Below are positions 39,222-50,379 of a stretch of 64,000 nt of DNA, one piece after another. The stretch's first letter is position 1. The number at the start of each line of letters is the position of its first letter. The translations under genes and the position numbers were made by a program. Under the pieces are notes generated by a model. The model was not told the origin of the DNA. It ran no database searches and was given only the letters and a program-made list of their open reading frames with translations. The stretch spans positions 224,001 to 288,000 of the forward strand of contig JBFMAF010000055.1 of assembly GCA_040755995.1 (NCBI GenBank), written 5' to 3'. The DNA is from Acidobacteriota bacterium. GTDB taxonomy: Bacteria; Acidobacteriota; CAIWXX01.

Positions 39222-39410
39222 ATTCCTTGATCGCGGCCACGGCCGTGCAGAGGCAGGAGACGCTCTGTACGGGGAATGTGAAATGTTATTGTGCTATCCC
39301 CGAGCTCGAGCTCAGACCCTTTCGTTTATGATTCGATCAACTCCTCCGTTCAAGTGCCAGCCGGCGCAGGCGCAGGCTGTTCGTTACGACAAAGATCGAG
39401 CTGAAGGTCA
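39222..39410 (+). repeat. Long direct repeat, right copy (decayed vapC 3' end plus intact copA 3' end)
   Basis: Aligns with 20838-21023. Confidence 0.85.
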
Positions 39411-41781
39411 TTGCGGCGGCCGCGAGCATCGGATTGAGCAGGCCGAATGCGGCGACGGGTATGAGAATGACGTTGTAGAAAAACGCCCAGAACAGATTCT
39501 GGCGGATCGTGCGCAGGACGCGCCGCGAGAGCCGGATCGCGCGCGGGACCCCACGCAAGTCTCCGCTGATGAGTGTGATCGGCGCCGCTGCGATGGCCAC
39601 ATCGGTCCCGGTTCCGATTGCGATTCCGACGTCGGATTGGGCGAGTGCTGGAGCGTCGTTGATGCCGTCGCCGACCATTGCCACCGCGCGGCCGCGCTCC
39701 TGGAGCCTCCGGACCTCGTCCGCTTTGTGCTCGGGCCGCACTTCCGCCAGCACCTCGCGCACCCCTACGGCGCCGGCCATCGCCTTGGCCGTTGCGGCGT
39801 TGTCCCCCGTCAGCATGATCACCCGGAATCCCATCGCCTGCATCTCGCTCACGGCCTCTCTCGATCCGTGCTTGAGCGTGTCCGCCACACCGATCACGCC
39901 GGCTGCCTGCGGGCCTACCGCCACGACCATGGCAGTCTTGCCCTCGGCCTGCAAGCGGTCGACTAGTTGAGCAGCGGCGCCGATCGCCGCCCCGCCTTCT
40001 TCGAGGAAGGCGCGATTTCCAACCAGCACTGAAGCACCGGCGACACCACCTCTCACTCCTCCGCCCGGCACCGCGCGAAAATCCGCCGATGCGGCCAGCT
40101 CCAGACCCTTCTCGCGTGCCGCGTTGACGACGGCCTGGCCCAGCGGGTGTTCCGAGCCTGCCTCGACACTCGCCGCCAGTGCGAGTATCCGATCGGCGGA
40201 ATAGCGCGCATCCGCGCTGAGCACATCCGTAACACCCGGGTTGCCCAGCGTGATGGTGCCGGTCTTGTCGAGCACCACAGTTCCGATGCGTGCCGCGCGT
40301 TCCAGCGCCTCGCCGCTCTTGAACAGGACGCCTGCCTGGGCCCCCCGCCCCATCCCGACCATCACCGCCGTAGGCGTCGCCAGGCCCATCGCACATGGGC
40401 ACGCGATCACCAGTACGGCCACAGTGTTGATCAGGGCGAGCGGGAGCGATCCGTCCACCAGAAACCACGCGATGAACGTCGCTGCCGCTATGGCCAGCAC
40501 TGCGGGGACAAACACGGAGGACACGCGGTCGGCAACACGCTGGATAGGGGCCTTGCTGCCCTGCGCGTCCTGAACCAGGCGGATGATGTGAGCGAGCGCC
40601 GTCTCGCGCCCGACCCGTTCAGCTCGGAATCTGATCAGGCCGTCCCGGTTCAGCGTGGCGCCCGTCACACCATCTCCCTGGCCCTTGTCTACCGGCATGC
40701 TCTCTCCCGTCAGCATCGACTCATCGACTGACGATCGGCCATCGATGACGACTCCGTCGGCCGGAAACTTCTCCCCGGGGCGCACGATCACCGTGTCGCC
40801 CACAACGACTTCGTCGACGGGGATGTCCGCCTCGACTCCGTCCCGCACCACCCGGGCGGTCCTTGCTTGCAGGCCTATCAGCTTTCGAATCGCGTCAGAC
40901 GTACGCCCGCGCGCGCGCGCTTCGAGAAACTTCCCGCTAACGATGAGCGTGACAATCATCGCGGAGGTTTCGAAGTAGAGATGGCCGGGCGCGCGATGCG
41001 CCAGCGAACCGGCAAGGAGCGCAACGACGCTGTATCCGTAGGCAACGGTGGACCCCATCGCGATCAGAACATCCATGTTCGCGCCACGGTTGCGGAGAGC
41101 CTTGTACGCGCCTGAGTAGTACTGCCGGCCGACAAAAAACTGCACGGGTGTGGCGAGGAACAGAAACAGCCAATCGAGGGTCGGATGGTGAAGGAAACCG
41201 ATGATCGGCGCGGGCGACATCGATATCATGTGCGCCACGTCGCGCCCCATCGACAGCACGAAGAGCGGGATGGTGAATATCAGGCCGATGCGCAGCAGGC
41301 CGCGCTGTCTCGCGATCTCCGTCGCCCGCGCCGCCTGCTCGGCGTCCTCGGTGGGGGCGTCCATCGGCTCGAACCCTGTTTCGAAGGTCGCGCGCCTCAG
41401 GTCGGCCGGGCTGACAAGCGTCGGGACGTACCTCACGACGACCTTCTCGGTCGCCAGGCTTGCTCGCACTTCGACCACACCCGCAATGACCCTCAGGGCT
41501 GCTTCCAGACGTCTGGCGTCGCTGTCGTCGGCGAGACGGCGTAGCGCCATTGTCGACTCGCCCAGAGGCACTCCGTAGCCGGCCTTCTCGACTCGTGCGA
41601 TGAGGTCAGCGAGCCCCAGCATCCCCGGGTCGAAGCTCACCGTTGCCCGCTCGGTAGCGAGATTCACCGCCGCCGTGCCGACGCCGTCGAGCCTCTTCAG
41701 ATTCCGCTCGATCGTGACCGCGCAGTTGGCGCACGTCATTCCGGAGACGGGGAGGACGACGGTGCTCGCAGGGTGGCTCAT
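39337..41781 (-). CDS. copA: Copper-translocating P1B-type ATPase
   Basis: [39 protein letters not shown] overlap with copZ. Confidence 0.95.
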   Translation of the reverse strand: MSHPASTVVLPVSGMTCANCAVTIERNLKRLDGVGTAAVNLATERATVSFDPGMLGLADLIARVEKAGYGVPLGESTMALRRLADDSDARRLEAALRVIAGVVEVRASLATEKVVVRYVPTLVSPADLRRATFETGFEPMDAPTEDAEQAARATEIARQRGLLRIGLIFTIPLFVLSMGRDVAHMISMSPAPIIGFLHHPTLDWLFLFLATPVQFFVGRQYYSGAYKALRNRGANMDVLIAMGSTVAYGYSVVALLAGSLAHRAPGHLYFETSAMIVTLIVSGKFLEARARGRTSDAIRKLIGLQARTARVVRDGVEADIPVDEVVVGDTVIVRPGEKFPADGVVIDGRSSVDESMLTGESMPVDKGQGDGVTGATLNRDGLIRFRAERVGRETALAHIIRLVQDAQGSKAPIQRVADRVSSVFVPAVLAIAAATFIAWFLVDGSLPLALINTVAVLVIACPCAMGLATPTAVMVGMGRGAQAGVLFKSGEALERAARIGTVVLDKTGTITLGNPGVTDVLSADARYSADRILALAASVEAGSEHPLGQAVVNAAREKGLELAASADFRAVPGGGVRGGVAGASVLVGNRAFLEEGGAAIGAAAQLVDRLQAEGKTAMVVAVGPQAAGVIGVADTLKHGSREAVSEMQAMGFRVIMLTGDNAATAKAMAGAVGVREVLAEVRPEHKADEVRRLQERGRAVAMVGDGINDAPALAQSDVGIAIGTGTDVAIAAAPITLISGDLRGVPRAIRLSRRVLRTIRQNLFWAFFYNVILIPVAAFGLLNPMLAAAAMTFSSIFVVTNSLRLRRLALERRS

Positions 41782-41984
41782 GCCTCGGGCGGGTAATTGA
41801 TCTCGGCAAGGCGGATCTTGATCTGCGCTTCCGTAGCGGGCGTTTCGAAGTCCACCTTCACCCGTTTCGATTGCACGTCGACGTCTATGGTCTTGATACC
41901 AGGCATCTCGCCGATCTCGCTCTTGATGGCACGAGCGCAGTGACCGCACGAGATGGCCGGAACTTTTAGCTCGATCGAGTTCAT
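41778..41984 (-). CDS. copZ: Copper chaperone (HMA domain)
   Basis: [25 protein letters not shown]. Confidence 0.88.
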   Translation of the reverse strand: MNSIELKVPAISCGHCARAIKSEIGEMPGIKTIDVDVQSKRVKVDFETPATEAQIKIRLAEINYPPEA

Positions 41985-42043
41985 TTCGGTCTCCTTTTTC
42001 CAGATCGCCCAGGAACCAAATATAGGCGGTGTTACGGCCCGTA

Positions 42044-42148
42044 TCAATGCAAAAGGCAAAATGCAAAATGCAAAATGCAGAATGCAAAATGAAAAATGCA
42101 AATGGCGAAATGCAAAATGAAAAATGCAAAATGCAAAACGCGGAATGC
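42044..42148. repeat. Heptamer tandem repeat (AAAATGC), about 15 units
   Basis: Directly visible; AT-rich island upstream of copZ. Confidence 0.95.
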
Positions 42149-42285
42149 CTTGTAGGGGCGGCCCCCCCGTGGCCGCCCTGATGCGATGCCCGCGCCACCG
42201 TTGCCATCCCCGCACCGAAGATGTAGCATCGCGGCGTGAACAGATACCTGGGGATTGAGACGGAGCGGCGCGCGGCTTCAGGTGG

Positions 42286-44151
42286 GTGAGATTGACCGAC
42301 GGCCGGACTGAGAGCCTGAGACCCCTCTTGTGGCTGGCGGGCGCCGTCGGGCTCGCCGCGTTCTTGCGGCTGCACGCCCTGGGATCGATTCCGGGATTCG
42401 GCTATGACGAAGGCACCATCGCTCAACTGGGGCGCGAGATTCTCGGCGGCCGGCAGTTTGCTGTAGGCATCAAGCCGTACTTCGGACCGCTGCTCATATA
42501 CCTGCTCGCACTTTCGTACAAGCTCCTCGGCGTCTCCATCCTCTCCACGCGTCTGCCCATAGCGATTCTCTCCACTCTCATGCCGATAGCGGCCTACATG
42601 CTGACTCGCGAACTGTGCGGCAAGTGGAAAGCCGGGGTGGCGGCAGCGTACCTGGTCGCTGCCTCACCGTGGCATGTTTTCTTCGGGCGCTTTGCCTGGG
42701 ATGGGAACATCAGCCCGCTGTTCCTGACGCTCTACTACTACCTGTTGATCGCTTCGGTCCGGAAGGCCGGGATCGCACTCGCCGGGGCCGCCTTCTTGTG
42801 CCTTGGGCTGACGCTCAACGGGCATCCATATCTGGCGCTGCCCGCGCTGGGGCCGGCGCTGATTGCGGCGTGTGCCGCCAGAGGCGGGCGCCTGCTCAGA
42901 TTCTCGCTGGCCTTTCTCCTCACGCTCGTTCCGCTTCTGCCGCCGGTCTTCTATCAGCTGACGACCGGCTTCCGCATTATCGACCGATTCTTCGGCGGCT
43001 ACGGCCATCACTTCGCTTTGGCAGCGCCGGCTGCGGATCTTGGGGCGATCGTCGACCGGTACCGGGCGTACTGCTGGACCCTCGGTGCGTCGCTGAACGG
43101 CACGCTTCTCTATCCGGATTTATACCGGGCCGGGGAATCCACGGGATTGATACTGCCCCCACTGCTGTTCCTCCTCGGGCTCGCTTATCTCACCTGGAGA
43201 TCGAATAAGACGGCGGCTCACCGCATGGTGTCATCCGCGACATGGCTGGGCCTGATCGGGGTGCCTATCCTTGTGAAGACGGTGCAGCTCGATGCCGTCG
43301 GGCACACTGCAACCTTCACGCACTATCTGGACGCGATCTATCCGCTGCCGTACGTACTCATTGCCGCTCTGTTGTACAGCGACGAGGTGGCCCGGGTGCT
43401 GCGGGGTTTGAGTGCCGAGGTCGCGCCGGCCCTCACCGTGGGGATTCTCGCACTATCGTTGCTGACGCTGAAGACGGGTTACTTCGACTACTTCAAGGAA
43501 TCTTGGGGGAAGGGGCACTTCGTTGCCGGGATCGACCGAGTCATCGATCGAGTCGACTCGCTGTCGTTGAGCAGCGTGCCGGTTCAAGCGATGACGCGAT
43601 TCACTGTAGGCAGCTCCTTCTACCCGCAATTCGCGTCGCTCACGGCGTGGCGCCTCGAGCCCGTCGATGAGACGCTGTTTGAACCTCATCCGGTTGTCGC
43701 CGAGGGTCGCCTGATCAGAACGCCGACGCTTTTCGTGTCCCGCACGAGGGAGGCTCTGCTTCAGCCCGCTCTCACGCCCAACGAAACCATCGCATCACCT
43801 GACGGCAGCCAGCGCTGGCGCATCTACCTGTACCTGAGCCCGGTGATCTACGTTCAGGGGAAAGGGGAGGAATCCGAGCTGAGCTTGTTTGCATTCATCG
43901 ACGATCATGGGCTGGCCGACGGCGTAGGTTTCCTGCGAACGAAAGATGAGATCGTGCGGCTCGACCCAGCCGGGATTGTCCCGGGAGGAGGCCCACGCGG
44001 AGCGAAGTCGGTCCGGGTGACTGGCAAGGCCGGCCGGATCGAGGAGTTCACCATGACGCTGACGAGACGCGGCTCCGAGCGAGCCGTTCGTCTGAGAATC
44101 GCCGGTCAGGACGTTGTGGCCGGATTCCAGGGCACGGTATGCATCTTCTGA
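42286..44151 (+). CDS. GT-C (family 39/ArnT-like) glycosyltransferase
   Basis: LRL..LG..YDE motif after TM1, multi-[11 protein letters not shown]. Confidence 0.82.
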   Translation: MRLTDGRTESLRPLLWLAGAVGLAAFLRLHALGSIPGFGYDEGTIAQLGREILGGRQFAVGIKPYFGPLLIYLLALSYKLLGVSILSTRLPIAILSTLMPIAAYMLTRELCGKWKAGVAAAYLVAASPWHVFFGRFAWDGNISPLFLTLYYYLLIASVRKAGIALAGAAFLCLGLTLNGHPYLALPALGPALIAACAARGGRLLRFSLAFLLTLVPLLPPVFYQLTTGFRIIDRFFGGYGHHFALAAPAADLGAIVDRYRAYCWTLGASLNGTLLYPDLYRAGESTGLILPPLLFLLGLAYLTWRSNKTAAHRMVSSATWLGLIGVPILVKTVQLDAVGHTATFTHYLDAIYPLPYVLIAALLYSDEVARVLRGLSAEVAPALTVGILALSLLTLKTGYFDYFKESWGKGHFVAGIDRVIDRVDSLSLSSVPVQAMTRFTVGSSFYPQFASLTAWRLEPVDETLFEPHPVVAEGRLIRTPTLFVSRTREALLQPALTPNETIASPDGSQRWRIYLYLSPVIYVQGKGEESELSLFAFIDDHGLADGVGFLRTKDEIVRLDPAGIVPGGGPRGAKSVRVTGKAGRIEEFTMTLTRRGSERAVRLRIAGQDVVAGFQGTVCIF

Positions 44152-45449
44152 TGACCAGGATCGTGCGCCTATCAGCTTGCGCGCTTTCCTGCGCGTTCCT
44201 TGTGGGATGCCGCGGTGCCGAACGTGGAGTCCTTCTCGTCACGCTGGACACGGTGCGGGCCGACCACCTGTCGTGCTACGGCTACTCGAAGCGGACAACC
44301 CCGTTCATCGACTCCCTGGCGGCCGAAGGGACGCTCTTCGAGAACGCGATGTGCAGCGCCTCGACGACACCGGTGTCGCACGCGTCGATACTCACGGGAC
44401 TCTATCCTCCACGCCACGGAGTCCGGTTCATTCATGGATTCACCGATCACCATCTGGACCCAAAGGTCCGTACTGCGGCCGAGGAGTTCCGGGACGCGGG
44501 CTACGCGACGGGCGCGTTTGTCAGCGCGCTGCCTCTCGAAAGCAAGCGGTATGGCCTTGACCGTGGTTTCGACTTCTACGAGGAGAGCTTCTTGGGCGAG
44601 CGTGAGGGATCCGTCGGCAAGCGGGGAATCGTACTGACCCGAGAATGCCAGCGGCGCGCGGACGAAACTCTAGGCGCCTTCGAGAAGTGGTATGGCGACC
44701 GGCGGCCTCGCAAGTTCTTCGCCTGGGTCCATCTTTTCGATCCGCATGACCGCCTGGTTCTTCCTCCCGAGGAGTTCCGGCAGCAGTGCATGAGCGAGGT
44801 TCCCTGTGCACATCCAACGGGGCGGATCTGCGCATACGACTGCGAGATCCGCTATGTGGACGCGATGCTCTCAAAGACAGTCCAGTGGCTGCGGGAACGC
44901 TGCAGGTCCCTCATGGTAGTTGTCGTGTCGGATCACGGCGAGGGGCTTGGGGATCACGGCTATCAGGCGCACGGAGACAGGATCTATGCCGAGCAGATGC
45001 ACGTCCCCCTGGTGTTCTGGGGAGATGGTGTGAGGCGAGGACTGCGTGTCGCCAGCACCGTCAGAACCGTCGATGTCGCTCCGACTCTGCTCGGGCTCTC
45101 CGGTCTGCCGGTACCTCCGGGCCTTGACGGAGCGGATCTTCTGAATGCCCCCGCAGATCGTGAATGCTACGCCGAAACGCTGAACCCGATGATCCGGGGC
45201 CAAGGACCTCTTTTCGCGATTGTGCATGGGAATAGAAAAGTGATCTTCTCCCCGAGAAACGACGCCGCGCTGTGCTTCGATCTGACGAAGGACCCGCGGG
45301 AGCTCCTCGATCTCGCTCCCGCTGCCGGCGACTACCTTACGTTGCTCGGAGGACTCCGGAAGATGGCTGTCGAGCCTGGCGGAGCCGCCAGGGAGGTGCT
45401 TGACGACGCCACGCGCGAGAGCCTGAAGTCGCTCGGGTACGCCGACTGA
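44151..45449 (+). CDS. Sulfatase-like (alkaline phosphatase superfamily) lipoprotein
   Basis: LVGC lipobox, LDTVRAD, TPVSHASILTG, HLFDPH, SDHGE. Confidence 0.88.
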   Translation: MTRIVRLSACALSCAFLVGCRGAERGVLLVTLDTVRADHLSCYGYSKRTTPFIDSLAAEGTLFENAMCSASTTPVSHASILTGLYPPRHGVRFIHGFTDHHLDPKVRTAAEEFRDAGYATGAFVSALPLESKRYGLDRGFDFYEESFLGEREGSVGKRGIVLTRECQRRADETLGAFEKWYGDRRPRKFFAWVHLFDPHDRLVLPPEEFRQQCMSEVPCAHPTGRICAYDCEIRYVDAMLSKTVQWLRERCRSLMVVVVSDHGEGLGDHGYQAHGDRIYAEQMHVPLVFWGDGVRRGLRVASTVRTVDVAPTLLGLSGLPVPPGLDGADLLNAPADRECYAETLNPMIRGQGPLFAIVHGNRKVIFSPRNDAALCFDLTKDPRELLDLAPAAGDYLTLLGGLRKMAVEPGGAAREVLDDATRESLKSLGYAD

Positions 45450-45530
45450 CTCCGCGAGCGCCGCGGGGCCGAGCAACCAACCGGCAGTCCGCTTTCCGGG
45501 GTCCGCGCGCGTATGATAGAGTCCGCGTCT

Positions 45531-46898
45531 ATGCGAGGTTGGCCGCTCTTGCTGTTGTTGCCCTTGCTCGGGGCGGCTGCCGCGTTCTACTTTTCGCAGG
45601 GCGGAACGCTTGTCCTCCTGATCAGTCTCGACACGGTCCGGGCTGACAGAGTCGGCTGCTATGGCTACGATCGGGCCCAGACACAGTTCATCGATCAGCT
45701 GGCTGCTGATGGCACGGTGTTCCGGAATGCCATCACGGCGGCCACATTCACACCGGCCTCGCACGCCAGCATCTTCACAGGGCTCTGCCCATGCAAGCAC
45801 GGCGTGAGGTTCCCGTGGCGCTTTCGCGGACAGGACCTTGCACCGCACGTGCGCACTTTGGCCGAGCTCTTCAAGGCCAAGGGCTATGAGACTGCTGCGT
45901 TCATCAGCGCCCGCCCGTTGCAGAGCAAGATACATTCATTGAACCGCGGGTTCGACCTGTACGACGAGAGCTACCTCTCAGACAAGACGCGAGTAGGAGA
46001 GGCCCAGCATCAGAGGCGCGCGGATGAGACCGTCGATGCGGCCTGCGACTGGATCGCAGCGCGCAAGAGTCCCAACTGTTTCGTCTTCATCCATCTGTTC
46101 GATGCCCACGACGGCGAGATCGACCCGCCAGCGGAGTTCGAGAAGCAGTACCGTGCACGAGTCGCTGAGCAGAAGGGTGGTTCGACGGCACGCTCACCGC
46201 GCAGGCTGCGCCGGGAGTTCGACAGGTATGACTGTGAGGTCGCGTGGATGGACTCCGAGATTCGCAGGATGGCCGGCCGCGTCAGCTCGATGAGAGGGAG
46301 GCGGGATGTGTACTTCGTCGTGCTCGCGGACCATGGCGAAGGGCTGGGAGAACACGACTACAAGCGGCACGCCGAACGGATCTACCAGGAGCAGCTGCAC
46401 GTGCCGCTGATCTGGAACGGCCCACGAGTGGCGGCAGGCAAGGTGATCGATACGTTCGTGCGGACGGTCGACGTGGTGCCGACTCTGGCTGAGCTGCTGG
46501 GTCTGGATGTCCCCGAAGGCCTCGACGGAGCCAGTCTGGTTCCGCTGTTCCACGGGCGGGACGCGGCCGATCGCATCTGCTACAGCGAGACCAGGCATCC
46601 ACTGGTCAACCGCGGCGAGGCCCTCTTCTCCATCATCAAGAACAGAAGGAAGCTCATCTACGCTCCACAGTCCGGGCGCTTCGAGTACTACAATCTGCGC
46701 AAAGATCCGGACGAAAGCCACGACCTCGCTGCGGCAGGAGGCTTTGACGGCCTGTTGGCCGAGCTCAAGAAGCACGATCTGTCGACCGACGCGGCGCGCA
46801 AGGAGGATGTGGACGCGGAGGTGGAAGAAGGGCTCGCCGCCTTGGGGTACGTGGACGAGGCGAGCAGTAGCAGCGGGAAGACCAACCGAGACAGATGA
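45531..46898 (+). CDS. Sulfatase-like hydrolase/transferase
   Basis: LDTVRAD, TPASHASIFTG, ADHGE. Confidence 0.88.
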   Translation: MRGWPLLLLLPLLGAAAAFYFSQGGTLVLLISLDTVRADRVGCYGYDRAQTQFIDQLAADGTVFRNAITAATFTPASHASIFTGLCPCKHGVRFPWRFRGQDLAPHVRTLAELFKAKGYETAAFISARPLQSKIHSLNRGFDLYDESYLSDKTRVGEAQHQRRADETVDAACDWIAARKSPNCFVFIHLFDAHDGEIDPPAEFEKQYRARVAEQKGGSTARSPRRLRREFDRYDCEVAWMDSEIRRMAGRVSSMRGRRDVYFVVLADHGEGLGEHDYKRHAERIYQEQLHVPLIWNGPRVAAGKVIDTFVRTVDVVPTLAELLGLDVPEGLDGASLVPLFHGRDAADRICYSETRHPLVNRGEALFSIIKNRRKLIYAPQSGRFEYYNLRKDPDESHDLAAAGGFDGLLAELKKHDLSTDAARKEDVDAEVEEGLAALGYVDEASSSSGKTNRDR

Positions 46899-48454
46899 AG
46901 GAGGACCACGGCTCCGGCAGCACTCCGGGCAGGCCTCCCGTTCTCGACATCGCGCTCACCGCGGCGATCACCACCTGCATCTTCCTCCTCTTCCGGCCCT
47001 GGGAGCAGCCGCTGGTGCGGGACATCTCGATCTGGGACCACGTGGCGCAGGTTATCGCAGACGGAGGCGTGCCTTACCGTGACGTCGTCGAAATCAAGAC
47101 GCCTCTCTCCGCGTACCTGGCCGCCCCAGCCATCCTCTTCGGCCGGCTCCTGGGCATCGCTGATGTCGTGTCGATCCGAATCGTTTTCTTCGTGATCGGT
47201 GTTGTGCTGGTGCTGGCCGTCCGGGCACTCGGAGCCAGGCTCTTCGACGCCGACGTCGGCCTTGTGGCATCGTTGATGACAGCCGGCATCGACCCGCTGG
47301 CGGAATGGTCCGCATCGGGAATCCAGCCGAAGGTGCCGTTCGTCCTGTTCGGGATCGTGGCGATCCTCCTGGCGATGAGGGACCGGCCGGTGGCCTCCGG
47401 AGCCGTCGTCGCTCTCTCCGCCCTCTGCTGGCAACCCGGGTGCCTCTTCATACTGCCGGCCGCCCTGGCATTGGGGCCGGGTCTACGGCGGCTCACACGG
47501 CTGCTCCTCGGTTTCCTGCTTCCTCTGGGCCTTTGCGTCCTGTACTTCACGCTGGCGGGTGCGGTGGCGGATCTCTACAACTGGACCATCGCTTTCCCGT
47601 TCGGCCCGTATGTGGCGAAGTACATAAGGAGCCTCAGCGGCGCGCGCGACACTTGCTGGAAACTTCTCACGACATATTACTCGAGAGAGATCCCTCTTCT
47701 CGCGATCTCCGCCGCCGGGCTCGCATGGTCGCTCGCCACCGCAGTTCGTCGCCGCATCGACAGGACGGAGCCGCTGCGTTTGATGCTCGCGGGTATCGCA
47801 GCGCCGGCGTGCCTGGTGGGACTTGTGTTGCTCAATGTGCAGGGCGAGAGCGATCTGTTCCCGATATTTCCGTTCATAGCCCCGTTCGCCTCGTTCGCGC
47901 TAGTGCACTGCATGCGACTCGCGCTCAGCCCGGGGCTGGCCTTGTTCGTGTCCGCGGCAGTGTGCATCGGATGGAGCGCATCGGACTCGCTGTTCTATCG
48001 GCTGCCGTCTACACTTCAGGATGAGATCGAAGCATTGGAGCCCGCTGCCGCTCTTCTCGGCCCCAACGATCGCGTCTGGGCACACGGCGACGTCCAGTTT
48101 CTCGTCCTCTTCAACCTGCGCAGCGTCTCGCCGCACCTCTACCTTGATCGAGGCAAGGATGCGTTTCTCGATCGAATCGAACCGGACGGTTTCCGGAAGA
48201 TGCTCGACGGTCTGGAGGCCGCCGCGCCTAAGATCGTGGTTCTAGGTCGCAAGGGGACGATGCAGCGGGACGATGAGGTCGTTGCCTGGGTGCGCAGCCA
48301 TTATGTCCTCGGCCGCCGCATCATGTTGCGGTACGGCCGCGACGGCCGCTTCATCTACGGCCTGCGGGTCTATGTTCGCAAGGGCCTGGCTCTGCCCCCG
48401 GGATGGGGGATCCGCACAGCGAGAGACGCTGAGCCTGTCGAAGCGGCCGAGTGA
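46895..48454 (+). CDS. Multi-TM GT-C-like membrane protein
   Basis: RD..GGVPYRDVVEIKTPL loop motif; many TM helices. Confidence 0.75.
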   Translation: MKEDHGSGSTPGRPPVLDIALTAAITTCIFLLFRPWEQPLVRDISIWDHVAQVIADGGVPYRDVVEIKTPLSAYLAAPAILFGRLLGIADVVSIRIVFFVIGVVLVLAVRALGARLFDADVGLVASLMTAGIDPLAEWSASGIQPKVPFVLFGIVAILLAMRDRPVASGAVVALSALCWQPGCLFILPAALALGPGLRRLTRLLLGFLLPLGLCVLYFTLAGAVADLYNWTIAFPFGPYVAKYIRSLSGARDTCWKLLTTYYSREIPLLAISAAGLAWSLATAVRRRIDRTEPLRLMLAGIAAPACLVGLVLLNVQGESDLFPIFPFIAPFASFALVHCMRLALSPGLALFVSAAVCIGWSASDSLFYRLPSTLQDEIEALEPAAALLGPNDRVWAHGDVQFLVLFNLRSVSPHLYLDRGKDAFLDRIEPDGFRKMLDGLEAAAPKIVVLGRKGTMQRDDEVVAWVRSHYVLGRRIMLRYGRDGRFIYGLRVYVRKGLALPPGWGIRTARDAEPVEAAE

Positions 48455-48480
48455 CGGGCGCGCGCAGCCGCCGGGCGTGC
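48423..48480 (+). repeat. 58-bp direct repeat, left copy
   Basis: GAGACGCTGAGCCTGTCGAAGCGGCCGAGTGACGGGCGCGCG..., repeated at 48926-48983. Confidence 0.9.
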
Positions 48481-48583
48481 AGGGCAGCTGCCGAATCGGG
48501 GTGATCGGCGATAGTCGCATCGTCACAATCGCTATGCCCCGCGCCGAAATGGTAAGATACTGTTGTCAGGTGCGAGGTGAAGC

Positions 48584-48814
48584 ATGCTCAAGTCAGTTGA
48601 GGGTGTCTACAAGGACGGTGCGGTTCAGATCTTCGAGAAGCCCTCGGAGATCGGCGAATCGCGCGTCATCGTGACATTTCTGCCGGCCGGGGGCAGGGTG
48701 GACCTGGCTGCGCGCGGCATCGACGAGGCTCACGCCGCAGACCTCCGCGCGAGGCTGAGGGCATTCGCCGATGACTGGGATCGCCCGGAGATGAAGGCGT
48801 ATGATTTCCTATAA
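48584..48814 (+). CDS. Probable antitoxin (DUF104/AF2212-like)
   Basis: MLKSVEGVYKDGAV..RVIVTFL; overlaps the PemK start. Confidence 0.75.
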   Translation: MLKSVEGVYKDGAVQIFEKPSEIGESRVIVTFLPAGGRVDLAARGIDEAHAADLRARLRAFADDWDRPEMKAYDFL

Positions 48815-48935
48815 GAGAGGTGACGTAGTCCTGGTTCTCTTTCCCGACTCAAACCTCACAACAGCCAAGAGGCGCCCCTCGATTGTCATCCAGGCTGACG
48901 GCCTCGGCACCGGTCTCCCACAGACGAGACGCTGA
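48801..48935 (+). pseudogene. PemK/MazF toxin truncated at 44 aa
   Basis: MISYKRGDVVLVLFPDSNLTTAKRRPSIVIQ, then runs into the direct repeat. Confidence 0.82.
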
Positions 48936-48983
48936 GCCTGTCGAAGCGGCCGAGTGACGGGCGCGCGGAGCCGCCCAGCGTGC
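48926..48983 (+). repeat. 58-bp direct repeat, right copy
   Basis: Matches 48423-48480. Confidence 0.9.
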
Positions 48984-48985
48984 CC

Positions 48986-50266
48986 CTACTCGTTCACATA
49001 TCCCAGCGACTGCATAGCTTCGCGCGTACCCGCGTCGACTTTCGCTTCTCTTCTGAACCGCGTTGAGAGGTCGAACCTTCGGAGCTGGGTGAGCAGGTCG
49101 TCATAGCCTCCCCCGGTTGCGAGGTTGTTGAGCTCCGCCGGATCTCCTCTCAGGTCGTAGTATTCGATCAGGCCGGACTGCGGAGCGTAGATCAGTTTGC
49201 GCCGATCCTTGATGATCGAGAAGAGCGCCTCGCCTCTGCTCCCGAGCGGGTGTAGAGTCTCGCTGTAGCACTCTCTGTCGGTACGCTCATTCCCTTGAAT
49301 CAATGGGAGCAGGGACCGGCCATCGATTCCCGATAGAGACGCGTAGCCCAACGCGTCCGTGATCGTCGGGAGGATGTCGACGGTGCGCACGAAGCTGCCG
49401 ACTCTGCAGGCCGGGACCCCGCGGGCCTTCACGATCAATGGCACTCGCAACTCCTCCTGATACAGCCTCTTCCCGTGAGCCACATATCCGTGCTGTCCCA
49501 TGCCCTGGCCGTGATCGGCGGTGATGATCACAAGGAGCTCGTCCGTCTCCAGCGCGTTGAAGAACAAACCGAGCTGACGGTCGATCCACGCGACCTCGCA
49601 ATCGTAGGCATCGTAGTCTTCCGAGGCGGCCAGCCTCGACTTGAACTCTCGCACGAATTCGCGTGGAGGAAGCAGGTCTGAATCGTGTACGTCGAAGAGA
49701 TGGATGAATGCGAAGAACCTCGAAGGCCGTTCAGTCCGGAGCCAGTCTGAGCAGGCCCTCAGGGTTTCGTCGCATCGTCTCTGCACGGTAGAATGCGCGG
49801 CGGTCTCTTCCTTCGCGTGAAGGAAGCTCTCGTCGTACACATCGAAGCCCCGATCGAGGCCGTAGACGGCCTTCTCCAGCGGGCGGCAGCTCACGAAGGC
49901 CGCCGTGCGGAAGTCGTTTTCCTTCAGCATCTCAGCGAGAGTCGTAACTCCAGGCCTCAAGCGCCTCTCCGTGAACTTCCATAAGAAACGCACGCCGTGC
50001 CTCGGCGGATAGACGCCCGTCAGAATCGATGCGTGTGAAGCGGAGGTGAAAGGAGCGCATGAGATCGCGTTCTCGAACAGGGCGCCTTGGGCGGCGAGCG
50101 AGTCTATGAAAGGCGTCTCGGCCTGGTTGTAGCCGTAGCAGCCGAGCCTGTCGGCGCGCACGGTATCAAGGGAGATCAGGAACACGGCCGTTTTCGGCTT
50201 CTGCGCGAGGACGACTGCCAGTACGGCTGCGAGCGGCAGCAACGGCAACGCCCACCAGTATCGCAT
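48986..50266 (-). CDS. Sulfatase-like hydrolase/transferase
   Basis: LDTVRAD, TSASHASILTG, ADHGQ; paralog of 45531-46898. Confidence 0.88.
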   Translation of the reverse strand: MRYWWALPLLPLAAVLAVVLAQKPKTAVFLISLDTVRADRLGCYGYNQAETPFIDSLAAQGALFENAISCAPFTSASHASILTGVYPPRHGVRFLWKFTERRLRPGVTTLAEMLKENDFRTAAFVSCRPLEKAVYGLDRGFDVYDESFLHAKEETAAHSTVQRRCDETLRACSDWLRTERPSRFFAFIHLFDVHDSDLLPPREFVREFKSRLAASEDYDAYDCEVAWIDRQLGLFFNALETDELLVIITADHGQGMGQHGYVAHGKRLYQEELRVPLIVKARGVPACRVGSFVRTVDILPTITDALGYASLSGIDGRSLLPLIQGNERTDRECYSETLHPLGSRGEALFSIIKDRRKLIYAPQSGLIEYYDLRGDPAELNNLATGGGYDDLLTQLRRFDLSTRFRREAKVDAGTREAMQSLGYVNE

Positions 50267-50379
50267 CGGCGGAGGAATATACCAGACGCACGGCACTACG
50301 ACAACGGCGCCGATCCGCTACTGCTGCGCCAAGGTGAGCGGGGCGGGCTCGCGCCCGCCCAAGTTACGGCCTCTGGAAT

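Noticed and set aside
41782..42426. 215-aa N-terminal extension of CopA with [10 protein letters not shown] repeats
   Set aside because: It is read-through across copZ and the heptamer repeat; the real start is at 41781.
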